Shown here one piece after another: positions 1 through 9,663 of a stretch of DNA of 64,000 bases. Source of the stretch: an uncultured Actinomycetes bacterium (GTDB lineage Bacteria > Actinomycetota > UBA4738 > HRBIN12); the NCBI GenBank assembly GCA_963704725.1, contig OY969934.1, positions 2,880,001 to 2,944,000 of the forward strand, written 5' to 3'. The notes beneath the pieces were generated by a model. That model was given only the letters and a program-made list of their open reading frames with translations. It was not told where the DNA came from and did not search any database. Within the stretch, counting starts at the first letter, position 1. Each line of letters opens with the position of its first letter. A program made the translations under genes and the position numbers.

Positions 1-182
1 GCCTCCTCCATCAAGGGGTTGAGGGCCTCGACGTGCGCGCGGCTCGCGATCTCCGGGACCACGCCCCCGAAGCGGGCGTGCAGGTCGACCTGGCTGCCGA
101 TGAGGTCGCACAGCACGCGGCCGTCCTCGACGATGGCGACGCCGGTCTCGTCGCAGGACGTCTCGATGCCGAGGACCTTCAC
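1..182 (-). CDS. tsaD: tRNA threonylcarbamoyltransferase TsaD, 5' part (runs off window start)
   Basis: Manual translation from GTG at 182: [21 protein letters not shown]...[20 protein letters not shown] overlap with the rimI stop. Confidence 0.95.
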   Translation of the reverse strand, partial: MKVLGIETSCDETGVAIVEDGRVLCDLIGSQVDLHARFGGVVPEIASRAHVEALNPLMEE

Positions 183-739
183 TCGCGCCCGTCCGGACGG
201 ATGCCCTGGGGCGCCTCCCCCATCAGCTCGCGCATCCGCTCCTCGAACTCCGGCGTGCGGACGGCGTCGAGCCACATGATCAGCGCGTCCTCGTTGATCT
301 CCTGGTAGTAGTTCTTGCGCACGCCGACGGGCCGGAACCCGAACCGCCCGTACAGGCGCTGGGCCCCCCAGTTCGTCACGCGCACCTCGAGCGAAACGGA
401 CTCGGCCCCCATGTCGACCGCGGCGAAGATCAGGTCGTGGAGGATGCGGCTGCCGATCCGCCGCCGATGCTGCAGGGGGTCGACCGCCACGTTCGTCACG
501 TGGGCCTCCTCGCCGTAGCAGATCAACCCCCCGTACCCGACGACCTCCCGGTCGATCCGCGCCACCAGGTAGCACCGGTTGCGGGACTCGTTCATCTCCG
601 AAAGGAACAGGTTCGGGCTCCACGGGCGTGGGTACACCTGACGCTCGATCGCCATCACGCCTCGCAGATGGCGGCGTCGCATCCGGGTCACCTCAAGTCG
701 AGGCGCCTCGAGCTCGCTGATCCCAGGCGATCTCCGCAT
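179..739 (-). CDS. rimI: Ribosomal-protein-alanine N-acetyltransferase (GNAT); true start uncertain
   Basis: [45 protein letters not shown]; lies between tsaB and tsaD. Confidence 0.92.
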   Translation of the reverse strand: MRRSPGISELEAPRLEVTRMRRRHLRGVMAIERQVYPRPWSPNLFLSEMNESRNRCYLVARIDREVVGYGGLICYGEEAHVTNVAVDPLQHRRRIGSRILHDLIFAAVDMGAESVSLEVRVTNWGAQRLYGRFGFRPVGVRKNYYQEINEDALIMWLDAVRTPEFEERMRELMGEAPQGIRPDGRE

Positions 740-1400
740 CCGTCTTCCTCAGGTACAGCGGTACGACGTCACTCGGCCGGTCGGATTGCTCCCGGATGAA
801 CCGGGGTGCCGCCACCTCCACGAGCGCCGGAGCCCACGGATGGGCCAGCGCCGCAGGGGCGAAGGCGACCCGGCTGCCCGGCTCCTCCAGCTCCCGTCGG
901 TACAGGATGGCACCGTTCCCGACGAGCAGCACCTCCTCCGGGCTCGCCACCAGCTCGGCGGCGAGCGCTCCCGGCCGGTCGACACGATAGGCGCCCTCCC
1001 GCACGATGCCGCCCGGCACGCTCCGGTAGAAGGCGAAGAAGACCTCCCCCCGCCGCGCGTCCAGGATCGCCGCGATGCGCCGGCGGGCCGTTCGGAACGG
1101 GAACGCGAGCACGTCCAGCGAGGCGATGCCCAGGATGGGGACGCGCAGGACCTGGGCCAGGGACTTGCCGACCTCGATCCCCACCCGCAGGCCGGTGTAC
1201 AGGCCGGGGCCGAGCCCGACCGCGATCCCGCCCACGCTCCCCAGGTCCGTCCCGGACCACTCGAGGAGGCGCCGGATCGCCGGCACCACGTCGTCCTGCT
1301 TCCGAGGACCCGCGAACTGCGCCTGGGCCATCGTCCCCATCTCCGTCCCGAGCGCGATCGAGGTGTGGCTCGTCGACGTGTCGATCCCGAGGACGATCAC
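693..1400 (-). CDS. tsaB: tRNA threonylcarbamoyladenosine biosynthesis protein TsaB
   Basis: GTG start VIVLGIDTST; GLGPGLYTGLRVG; DARRGEVF; PLYLR. C-terminal part of the 693..1991 ORF. Confidence 0.93.
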   Translation of the reverse strand: MIVLGIDTSTSHTSIALGTEMGTMAQAQFAGPRKQDDVVPAIRRLLEWSGTDLGSVGGIAVGLGPGLYTGLRVGIEVGKSLAQVLRVPILGIASLDVLAFPFRTARRRIAAILDARRGEVFFAFYRSVPGGIVREGAYRVDRPGALAAELVASPEEVLLVGNGAILYRRELEEPGSRVAFAPAALAHPWAPALVEVAAPRFIREQSDRPSDVVPLYLRKTDAEIAWDQRARGAST

Positions 1401-1885
1401 CCCCGACTCCAACCGTCCAGAGCCTGCTCGAGCCGCTCCCACCGGCTCGCCCACCCCGCCCCCACGGGCCGGACCTCGAGCTCCCGCTCGTCCCCCTCGC
1501 CGGGGACGGTGAGCTCGACCACGAGGTGATCGTCGGGCAGCAGCGCCTCGACGGCGTCCCCCCACTCCACGACCAGGACGCCGCGGTCGTCGAGCATCTC
1601 CGCGAGACCGAGATCGACCGCCTCCTGCACGCGGTCGAGCCGGTACACGTCGGCGTGCAGGAGCGTGATCGACGGCGCGCGGTACTCGCGCACCAGCGTG
1701 AAGGTCGGCGAGGCGACCGCGCCCTCGTAGCCGAGCGCGCGGGCCATGCCGTGGACCAGCGTCGTCTTGCCGGCGCCGAGCTCCCCGGTCAGCGCGACGG
1801 CGTCGCCCGGACGCAGGAGGGAGGCCAGCGCGCCGCCGATGGCCCGGGTGTCCTCGGCCGTCGGCGCGGCCAGCTCGAGGGGCAT
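1397..1885 (-). CDS. tsaE: tRNA threonylcarbamoyladenosine ATPase TsaE
   Basis: GELGAGKTT P-loop, SPTFTL, HADVYRL, VEWG. Confidence 0.95.
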   Translation of the reverse strand: MPLELAAPTAEDTRAIGGALASLLRPGDAVALTGELGAGKTTLVHGMARALGYEGAVASPTFTLVREYRAPSITLLHADVYRLDRVQEAVDLGLAEMLDDRGVLVVEWGDAVEALLPDDHLVVELTVPGEGDERELEVRPVGAGWASRWERLEQALDGWSRG

Positions 1886-2484
1886 CAGAACAGCCCGAGC
1901 TGCTCCTCGGCGGGCTGGGGGCGCTCGGCGAGCGCGCGGAGGATCTCCTGGAAGTCCATCCGCAGCGCCGCCATCTGCCGGGAGTTCTCACCGCCGCCGT
2001 GCAGGATCGCCGCCGGGTGGAACGTGGGGATCACCGTCCGTCCGTTCCACCGGAAGCGCTGGCCCCGGACGCGGCTGATCGAGACGTTGCCGCCGAGGAT
2101 GTACCGCGTGGCCCAGTTGCCGAGCGTGACGATCACGACCGGGTCGATCAGCGCGATCCGCTCGTCCAGCCACGGCTTGCACGCGTCGGTCTCGTCCGGG
2201 AGGGGATCCCGGTTGCCCGGCGGCCGGCAGTTCACGACGTTGTTGATGTAGACGTCCTCGCGCCGGATCTGGATCTCCGCCAGGAGGCGGTTCAGGAGCT
2301 GCCCCGCCGCCCCGACGAACGGCTCCCCCTGCTTGTCCTCGTGGAAGCCGGGTCCCTCGCCGATGAACATGAGATCGGCGTTCGGATCCCCCACGCCGTA
2401 GACGACCTGCGTCCGGCCCTGCGACAGCCGGCATCTCGTGCACGTGGCGGCGTCGAGGGCCGCCTCCTCCAGCGTTCTCGTCAT
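1885..2484 (-). CDS. Uracil-DNA glycosylase family 4 (4Fe-4S)
   Basis: [36 protein letters not shown]. Confidence 0.93.
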   Translation of the reverse strand: MTRTLEEAALDAATCTRCRLSQGRTQVVYGVGDPNADLMFIGEGPGFHEDKQGEPFVGAAGQLLNRLLAEIQIRREDVYINNVVNCRPPGNRDPLPDETDACKPWLDERIALIDPVVIVTLGNWATRYILGGNVSISRVRGQRFRWNGRTVIPTFHPAAILHGGGENSRQMAALRMDFQEILRALAERPQPAEEQLGLF

Positions 2485-3407
2485 CGTCCCTCCGGTGCGC
2501 GGCTACGCCGGCCCCCGCCGACCGCCGGGTAGCCACCGAGCGGCTCGGCCAGCCGGACCGCCCTGCGGATCGCCCCGGCCACCGCCCGCGTCGCCATGGA
2601 CTCGAGCAGCGGCTGCGGGGCAGGCAGCGCCCCCGTCCCCAGCGCGAACACCGTGTCCCCGTCCCACATCGTATGCGAGGGCCGCACGGCGAGCGAAAGC
2701 CCCTCCGAGCCGGCCTGCGCGAGCAGCTGGGCGCGCTCCTTGGTCAGCGTGGCGTTCGTGGCGACGACCACGAGCGTGGTGTTCCCGCCGGGCCAGCCAA
2801 CGGGCTCGGCCTCCGGGTTGCGGTTGGCGGCGATCGGGGTGCCGTCGTCCTGCGTGATCGCGCCGCTCGCGTTCACCGCGGCGAGGGCCGCCACGATCAG
2901 GTCGCCGTCTTCCTCGGCGGCGGTCCCCACGCCACCCTTCCACCCCGCCGTGGGATCCGGGGCCTTGGCCACGGTCGCCCCCGTGCCCGCCCCCACGCTG
3001 CCCTCGGCGACCTCGCCGTCGGTCGCCGCCTCGCACGCCGCCGCCCCGGCCCCGGCGTCCGGCCGGGCGGCCGGGTCCCCCACCGCGAGGTCGAACAGCA
3101 CGGCCGCCGGCACGATCGGGACCCGGGCGACCCCGGTGTCGAACCCGATCCCGCGCCCCTCGAGCCACCGGACGACGCCGTCCGCCGCGGCCAGGCCGAA
3201 CGCGCTCCCCCCCGTGAGCAGGACGGCGTGCACCTCGGGCGTGAGGGTGCCCGGCCGGATCGCGTCGGTCTCGCGCGTTCCCGGCGCCCCACCCTTCACG
3301 TCCACCGAACCCGCCGTCCCGGGCGGGCACAGGACCACGGTGCAGCCGGTGAGGCCCTCTCGGTCGGTCCAGTGACCCACCCGGATGCCCGGCACGCGCG
3401 TGATCAC
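2481..3407 (-). CDS. P1/S58 family peptidase (DmpA-like)
   Basis: GIRVGH, GGAPGTRET, GGSAFGLAAA.GV, GAGTGA, NTT, HTMWDGD. Confidence 0.88.
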   Translation of the reverse strand: MITRVPGIRVGHWTDREGLTGCTVVLCPPGTAGSVDVKGGAPGTRETDAIRPGTLTPEVHAVLLTGGSAFGLAAADGVVRWLEGRGIGFDTGVARVPIVPAAVLFDLAVGDPAARPDAGAGAAACEAATDGEVAEGSVGAGTGATVAKAPDPTAGWKGGVGTAAEEDGDLIVAALAAVNASGAITQDDGTPIAANRNPEAEPVGWPGGNTTLVVVATNATLTKERAQLLAQAGSEGLSLAVRPSHTMWDGDTVFALGTGALPAPQPLLESMATRAVAGAIRRAVRLAEPLGGYPAVGGGRRSRAPEGR

Positions 3408-3426
3408 GGGCGCCTCGGCGCGCTGC

Positions 3427-4473
3427 TCACGCGCTCCTCCGGCGGCGCCCCTTCGGCGCGCCGAGCACCCGCTCGGCGAAGGCGGCGAGCCGGCGATTGA
3501 ACTCCTCGTGGGCCTCCATCATCGGGATGTGCCCGGCGTCCTCGATCACCTCGAGTCGTCCGTCGGGCAGGTCGCCGGCCAGCGCGACGGCGGAGGAGGG
3601 GGGCGTGACGCGGTCGTGCTCGCCGACCAGGACGAGGGCCGGGACGCCGACGTGGCGGACGGCGTGTCGAAGGTCCATGTCCATGAGCCCCGCGAGCGCG
3701 TCCGTCCACACCTCCGACGGCGCCCGCCCGGCGAGCTCGACGACGTGGTCGACCACGTGCGGCGACGCGTGCGGCCCGAACTGCGTGACGCGGGCCACGA
3801 GGTGGCCCACGTCCCGCGGACCCGACAGCACGTGCTGGCGCATCCGGTTCACGCGGGTCGCGGCCTGGCGCAGCGATCCGAGCCGCGGCCGGAACAGCCC
3901 CGTGATCGAGCCCATCGCGCCGCGCAGCAGATCGCTGGCGGCGGCACCGGCGAACGCGCACCCGGCGATCCGAGTCCCGAACAGCTCCGGGCGCGCCTCC
4001 GCGAGCGCCAGGATGGCCATCGACCCCATGCTGTGCCCGACCACCAGGACCGGGCGATCGGTGGCCGTGGCCTCGAGCACCGCGGCGAGATCCGATCCGA
4101 ACGCCGCGGGCGACAGGTCTCCCCCCGCGGCCCGGGCGCTCCGCCCGTGCGAGCGCAGGTCGAACAGGATGCAACGGTACGCGGCCGACAGCTCGGTCCA
4201 TTGGTAGTGCCACGCGGTCATGTCGAGGCTGAACCCGTGGACGAACACGATCACGGGCAGCTTGGGGTCGCCGGCGGCGCGCACCGCGAGCTCGGTCCCG
4301 TCGAAGGACCGGACGGGCCCCAGGTCGTCGGGTGGCAGGAGGGACAGCGGTTCGAGGGCCTCCGCGTCGCCCCGGCGGCGGCGGGCGTTCAACAGCGTGC
4401 GGCCCACCATCCCGGCGGTCACGGCGCCGGCGGCGACGCCGGCGGTCACGAACGCGGTGCGGCGGCCGCTCAC
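3427..4473 (-). CDS. Alpha/beta hydrolase with N-terminal hydrophobic segment
   Basis: FVHGF, DLRSHGRS, GHSMG nucleophile elbow, GEHD, AGH. GTG start overlaps the alr stop. Confidence 0.88.
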   Translation of the reverse strand: MSGRRTAFVTAGVAAGAVTAGMVGRTLLNARRRRGDAEALEPLSLLPPDDLGPVRSFDGTELAVRAAGDPKLPVIVFVHGFSLDMTAWHYQWTELSAAYRCILFDLRSHGRSARAAGGDLSPAAFGSDLAAVLEATATDRPVLVVGHSMGSMAILALAEARPELFGTRIAGCAFAGAAASDLLRGAMGSITGLFRPRLGSLRQAATRVNRMRQHVLSGPRDVGHLVARVTQFGPHASPHVVDHVVELAGRAPSEVWTDALAGLMDMDLRHAVRHVGVPALVLVGEHDRVTPPSSAVALAGDLPDGRLEVIEDAGHIPMMEAHEEFNRRLAAFAERVLGAPKGRRRRSA

Positions 4474-5576
4474 GAGAGGTGCTCCCTCGGCACGCGCTCG
4501 GAGATCGCCGTGACGATCTCGTATCCGATCGTGCCGACGTGCCCGGCGAGCTCCTCGGCGGTGATCCGTTCGCCCCCCTGGGAGCCGATCAGGACCACTT
4601 CGTCGCCCGCCTCCACGGGCTCGTCGCCGCAGTCCACGAGGATCTGGTCCATCGTCACCGTGCCGGCCACTCGGTGGCGACGCCCTCGGATCAGCACGTC
4701 CGCCTTCGAGGACAACGCGCGCTGGTACCCGTCCTCGTACCCGACGGGGACCGTGGCCACGGTGGCGTCCCGCTCCAGCGTGTAGCGCCACCCGTACGAG
4801 AGCCGCTCGCCGGCGGGCAGGCGCTTGACCATCGTCACCGCCGAGCGCCACGTGAGAGCCGGCCGGAGCCCGAAGGCCGGACCGATCCCCCCGCCCGGGT
4901 CGATCCCGTAGACGGCAGCCCCGGGGCGCACCAGGTCCAGGCGGCTCTGGGGGAAGCGGATCGTGGCGGCGCTGTTCGCGGCGTGCAGGCACGCGGGAAC
5001 GGCGCCCTCGCGGGCCAGGACGTCGCGCGCCTCGAGCAGCCTCCGGAGCTGCTCCCGCGTTCCGGCCTCGTCCTCCTCCGACGCCGCGAAGTGGGTCCAC
5101 AACCCCTCGAGCCCCAGGCCCGCCGCGCGCACGGCGGAGGCGAAGGCGCCGGCGGCCGATGCAGGCCACAGCCCCACGCGGTGCATCCCGGTATCGAGCT
5201 TGAGGTGAACGCCCACGGGGCGGCCGAGGGACCCCGCGGCCTCGGCCAGACCGGCCAGGCCGTCCCCGGTGTACACGGAGGGCGTGAGGGCGGCGGCGAG
5301 GGCCTCCTTCTCGGCTCCCGGAGGGAACTCGGACAGCACGAGGATGGGGGCGTCGATGCCGCGCTCGCGCAGGTCGATGCCCTCCTCCACGAGCGCGACG
5401 CCGATCCGCGTCGCTCCCGCCTCGAGCGCGGCCCTGGCCACGGGCGCGGCACCGTGCCCGTACCCGTCCGCCTTCACCACGGCCAGGAGCTCGGCGCGGG
5501 CCGGCTTCAGGAGCCGCACGTTGTGACGCACGGCGTCGAGGTCGACCTCGACCACGGTCGGGCGGAATCGCGTCAC
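4470..5576 (-). CDS. alr: Alanine racemase
   Basis: AVVKADGYGHG PLP lysine, HLKLDTGMHR, ANSAA, GTIGYE. Confidence 0.96.
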   Translation of the reverse strand: MTRFRPTVVEVDLDAVRHNVRLLKPARAELLAVVKADGYGHGAAPVARAALEAGATRIGVALVEEGIDLRERGIDAPILVLSEFPPGAEKEALAAALTPSVYTGDGLAGLAEAAGSLGRPVGVHLKLDTGMHRVGLWPASAAGAFASAVRAAGLGLEGLWTHFAASEEDEAGTREQLRRLLEARDVLAREGAVPACLHAANSAATIRFPQSRLDLVRPGAAVYGIDPGGGIGPAFGLRPALTWRSAVTMVKRLPAGERLSYGWRYTLERDATVATVPVGYEDGYQRALSSKADVLIRGRRHRVAGTVTMDQILVDCGDEPVEAGDEVVLIGSQGGERITAEELAGHVGTIGYEIVTAISERVPREHLS

Positions 5577-7096
5577 CGCCGCGTCACCTCGGCGACGGCC
5601 TGGGCGAGCCGGTCGAGCACGTCGCCGGCCGTTGCGCCCTCGCCGCGGACCTCGGCCGCCGCGGAGCCGGCCACGCCGTGGACGAACGCCGCCGCGGACG
5701 CGGCGTCCGCCGGCGCGAGCCCCCGGGCCAGCAGACCGGCGATCGCGCCGGTGAGCACGTCCCCCGTCCCACCGGTGGCGAGGAACGGCCCGCCCGTGGG
5801 GTTCACCCGCACCGTGCCGTCCGGGCTCGCCACGAGCGTGCGCGACCCCTTGAGCAGGACCACCGCCCGGGTCTGCGCGGCGAGCTCGCGCACCCGCGCC
5901 ACGCGATCCGCGGCGACCTCACGGGATCCCGCGCCGGCCAGCCGGGCGAACTCGCCGCCGTGCGGGGTGAGCACGAGCTCCGACTTGCGGTCGGCGAGCT
6001 CGGGCGCCCGGCCGGCGAAGGCGTTCAGTCCGTCGGCGTCGAGGACGACCGGGATCTCCGAGGTGCGGACGAGCTCGCGGATCCACGCCGCGGTGCGCTC
6101 GTCCGTCGTCATCCCCGGGCCGACGGCGAGGGCGTCGGCCTGCCCGAGGATCTCCTCCAGCCGGTCGCTGCCGCCCTCGATCGACCCCGCGTCGGTCTCC
6201 GGCAGCGGCGCGAACACGGCCTCGCGGATCGCGCCCTGGACCACCGGCAGGATCGAGGCCGGCACGGCCGCGGCGACCAGGCCGGCGCCGACCCGATAGG
6301 CCGCCCCGGCCATCAGGGCCACGGCGCCGGTCATGGTCCGCGACCCCCCGACCACGACCGCGTACCCCGCCGCCCGCTTGTGCGTGTCGGGCTCGCGGGC
6401 CGGGAGCCAGGCGACCACGTCCTCCTCCTCGACCAGGCCGAGCTCGCCGGCGACGAGGTCCGCGGGGAACCCGATGTCGGCGACCTCGACGACGCCGGAC
6501 CGCGCCGCCCCCGGGTGGAACACCACACCCGGCTTGGCCGCGCCGAACGTGACGGTCAGGTCCGCGCGAACCGCGTCGCCCGCCACCTCCCCCGTCGCGC
6601 CGTCCACCCCGGAGGGGATGTCGACGGCGACGACCGGCACGGCCCCGTCGAGGCCGCGGATCGCCTCGGCGTGGACCCCCTCCGGGACGCCGCGGAACCC
6701 GGTCCCAAAGATCGCGTCGACGGCCACGTCGGCCCGCGCCAACTCGCGGAGGGCGGCGACGGCCGTCCACGGGCGCACCCGGACGCGCGTCGCGCCCAGG
6801 CGCTCACGGTTGGACGCCGCCGGCTCGCGGAGATCCGTCTCCGGCTCGAGCAGCAGCACGCAGACGCCCATGCCCCACGACGCGAGGTACCGCGCCGCGA
6901 CGAACCCGTCGCCCCCGTTGTTCCCCCGGCCGCACACGACGACGGCCCGGCGCCCGTAGCTCCCGCCGGCCAGGCGGACGGCGGCGCTCGCGACCTCGCG
7001 GCCCGCCCGTTCCATCAGCGCCGAGGCCGGCACGCCTCGCTCCTGCGAGGCCCGGTCGAGCTCGGCCGCCTCGGCCGGCGACAGGATCGGCCTCAC
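5573..7096 (-). CDS. nnr: Bifunctional NAD(P)H-hydrate epimerase/dehydratase (NnrE-NnrD)
   Basis: CGRGNNGGDG, DAIFGTG, DIPSG, LDADGLN, TPHGGEF, GGTGDVL. Confidence 0.93.
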   Translation of the reverse strand: MRPILSPAEAAELDRASQERGVPASALMERAGREVASAAVRLAGGSYGRRAVVVCGRGNNGGDGFVAARYLASWGMGVCVLLLEPETDLREPAASNRERLGATRVRVRPWTAVAALRELARADVAVDAIFGTGFRGVPEGVHAEAIRGLDGAVPVVAVDIPSGVDGATGEVAGDAVRADLTVTFGAAKPGVVFHPGAARSGVVEVADIGFPADLVAGELGLVEEEDVVAWLPAREPDTHKRAAGYAVVVGGSRTMTGAVALMAGAAYRVGAGLVAAAVPASILPVVQGAIREAVFAPLPETDAGSIEGGSDRLEEILGQADALAVGPGMTTDERTAAWIRELVRTSEIPVVLDADGLNAFAGRAPELADRKSELVLTPHGGEFARLAGAGSREVAADRVARVRELAAQTRAVVLLKGSRTLVASPDGTVRVNPTGGPFLATGGTGDVLTGAIAGLLARGLAPADAASAAAFVHGVAGSAAAEVRGEGATAGDVLDRLAQAVAEVTRR

Positions 7097-7473
7097 CCGC
7101 GCACCGCCACCGCGAACGCGACCGCGCTCGTCCGCTCGTGGGTGAAGGTGACGAGGATGCGGTCGATCCCGAGCCGATCGGCCCGCTGCTTCGCGTTGCC
7201 CTCGAGTCGGATCGACGGCGCGCCCGAGGGGGCGCGCGTCACGCTGATGTCGTGCCAGCCCTTCCCCCGGTAGCCGCCCATCGCCTTGATGACGGCCTCC
7301 CGCGCCGCGAACCGCCCGGCGTAGGACTCGGCGGGGCGAGCCTTCCCGTCGCAGTACGCGATCTCCTCCGGCGTGAAGACCCGCTGGCGCATCGTGGGAT
7401 GCCGCTCCAGGGCCCGTTCCATGCGCGCGATGTCGCAGATGTCCACGCCGAGGCCGAGGATCTCCACGGCCAC
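7093..7473 (-). CDS. acpS: Holo-ACP synthase (start may be the GTG at 7467)
   Basis: GLGVDICDIAR, FT..E, AGRFAAREAVIKA, TH. Confidence 0.93.
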   Translation of the reverse strand: MAVEILGLGVDICDIARMERALERHPTMRQRVFTPEEIAYCDGKARPAESYAGRFAAREAVIKAMGGYRGKGWHDISVTRAPSGAPSIRLEGNAKQRADRLGIDRILVTFTHERTSAVAFAVAVRG

Positions 7474-7504
7474 ACTCTAGCCAGCGAGGGCGGCCCCGGA
7501 GGGG

Positions 7505-9328
7505 CTACTCGACGGTGACGCTCTTGGCCAGGTTCCGGGGCTGGTCGACGTCGCAGCCGCGGAGCTTGGCGACGTGGTAGGCCAGGAGCTGCAGGGGCGG
7601 GGTCACCACCACGGGCGCCAGCAGCTCGGGGACGCGCGGGACGAACAGGACGTGCTCGGCGTACCGGCCGATCTCCTCGTCGCCCACGCTGGCCACGGCG
7701 ATCACGAGGGCGCCGCGGGCCCGCACCTCCTGGATGTTCGAAAGCATCTTGGGATACACGTGGCACTCGGTCGCCACGGCCACGACCGGCACGCCCTCCT
7801 CGACGAGCGCGATCGGCCCGTGCTTCAGCTCGCCGGCGGCGTAGCCCTCGGCATGGACGTAGCTGATCTCCTTCAGCTTCAGGGCGCCCTCGAGGGCGGC
7901 GGGGAAGCCCGTGTGGCGGCCGATGAACAGCACGTCCCGCGCGTCGCGGATCCGCTCGGCGATCCCGCGGACCTGCTCATCGAGCGCGAGGGTGGCCTCG
8001 ACCTGGTCGGGCAGCTCGCGCATCCGCTCGACGACCTCGCCGACCTCGTCGGGGAACATCGGCCCGCCGACCTGCGCGAGGTACAGCGCCACGAGATGCA
8101 GCGCGACCATCTGGGTGGCGAACGTCTTCGTCGCGGCGACGCCGATCTCCGGCCCGGCGTGCGTGTACATGACGGCGTCGGCCTCCCGCGCGAGCGAGGA
8201 GCCGACGGTGTTCGTCACGGCCAGCACCCGCGAGCCCTGCCGGCGCGCGTGGCGCGCGGCCTCGAGCGTGTCGATCGTCTCGCCCGACTGGCTCACGGCG
8301 AGGGTCAGCGTGTCGGGCCCCAGCACCGGGTCGCGGTAGCGGAACTCCGAGGCGATGTCGATCTCGACAGGGATGCGCGTCCAGTGCTCGATCGCGTACT
8401 TGGCCACCAGGCCCGAGTGGAACGCCGTGCCGCACGCCACGACGAACACCTTGTTCACGTTGCGCAGGAGGTCGGGGTCGACGTGGACCTCGTCGAGCGT
8501 GAGCATCCCCCGCTCGTTCAGGCGGCCGACGAGCGTGTCGCGGATCGCCGCCGGCTGCTCGTCGATCTCCTTGCGCATGAAGTCGTCGTAGCCGCTCCGC
8601 TGCGCGTGGGCGACGTCCCAGCTCACCTCGAACGGCTCGACCGCGATCTCCGCGCCGTCGAAGTCCGTGACCCGCACCGAGTCGGCGCGCACCTCGACCA
8701 CCTGGTGCTCGGCCAGCGGGAGCACGCGGCGGGTGCGCGAGAGCACCGCGGGGATGTCCGACGCGAGGACGTTCTCGCCGTCACCGAGCCCGACGATCAG
8801 CGGCGAGGAGACCTTCACGCCCACGATGACCTCCGGATCGTCGAGCGAGAGCACGACGAGCGCGTACGCGCCCTCGAGCTCGCGCACGGTCGCGCGCACG
8901 CGCTCGGGCAGTGGGCCCTCTTTCTCCTCGATCAGGTGGGCGACGGCCTCGGTGTCGGTGTCCGAGCTCAGGGTGTGGCCGCGCTTCTCCAGGTCCGCCC
9001 GCAGCGAGGCGAAGTTCTCGACGATCCCGTTGTGGATCACCGCGATCCGACCCGCGCAGTCGACGTGGGGGTGCGCGTTCCGGTCGGTGGGGGCTCCGTG
9101 CGTCGCCCACCGCGTGTGGCCCATCCCCACGGTGCCGGGTGGCGGGGCCTGCTCAGCCAGCGCGCCGTCGAGCTCGGACAGCTTGCCCGAACGCTTGACC
9201 ACGGCCAGGCCGTGATCGATCAGCGCCACGCCGGCGGAGTCGTACCCGCGGTACTCGAGGCGTCGAAGACCCTCGAGGATGACGGGGAGCGCCTGGTCGG
9301 GGCCCACGTAGCCCACGATGCCGCACAT
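7505..9328 (-). CDS. glmS: Glutamine-fructose-6-phosphate aminotransferase
   Basis: MCGIVG, GHTRWATHG, SQSGET, PRNLAKSVTVE. Confidence 0.98.
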   Translation of the reverse strand: MCGIVGYVGPDQALPVILEGLRRLEYRGYDSAGVALIDHGLAVVKRSGKLSELDGALAEQAPPPGTVGMGHTRWATHGAPTDRNAHPHVDCAGRIAVIHNGIVENFASLRADLEKRGHTLSSDTDTEAVAHLIEEKEGPLPERVRATVRELEGAYALVVLSLDDPEVIVGVKVSSPLIVGLGDGENVLASDIPAVLSRTRRVLPLAEHQVVEVRADSVRVTDFDGAEIAVEPFEVSWDVAHAQRSGYDDFMRKEIDEQPAAIRDTLVGRLNERGMLTLDEVHVDPDLLRNVNKVFVVACGTAFHSGLVAKYAIEHWTRIPVEIDIASEFRYRDPVLGPDTLTLAVSQSGETIDTLEAARHARRQGSRVLAVTNTVGSSLAREADAVMYTHAGPEIGVAATKTFATQMVALHLVALYLAQVGGPMFPDEVGEVVERMRELPDQVEATLALDEQVRGIAERIRDARDVLFIGRHTGFPAALEGALKLKEISYVHAEGYAAGELKHGPIALVEEGVPVVAVATECHVYPKMLSNIQEVRARGALVIAVASVGDEEIGRYAEHVLFVPRVPELLAPVVVTPPLQLLAYHVAKLRGCDVDQPRNLAKSVTVE

Positions 9329-9459
9329 CGGAACGCGAGGGTAGCAGGCCCACGATGCGATTGCGGCGGAGGCCGAATCCCTCCGCTCCCCGGGATCGAC
9401 GGCCGGATCGGCGGGCGTTGGGAGGCGTTGCGAGCCGCGTTCCCGGCCGCCCCCAGCAG

Positions 9460-9638
9460 CCGCTGCTCCTCGCGGTACACGAGCTCGGCGACCGCGGCGT
9501 CGACCGAGAAGCGAGCTCGCCGACGATCTCCGGCAGCGCCACGTCCCGAAGGCACCGCGGGTCGTGGGGCCCGTCCGCGGAGGCCCCCTTCCTGATCGCG
9601 GCTGGCCCCACGTGGGCGTCGACGAACGTCCCCGTCAC
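9460..9638 (-). pseudogene. Possible degraded remnant of a GT4 glycosyltransferase C-terminus
   Basis: Fragments DVALPEIVG and RARFSVDAAVAELVYRE in adjacent frames resemble GT4 C-terminal motifs; no intact ORF. Confidence 0.3.
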
Positions 9639-9663
9639 GGACGAGCCGTTGAGGCTCGGCGCC

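Noticed and set aside
9329-9663. glmS ribozyme upstream of glmS
   Set aside because: No recognisable conserved core, and a -10 box lies 9 nt from the ATG.
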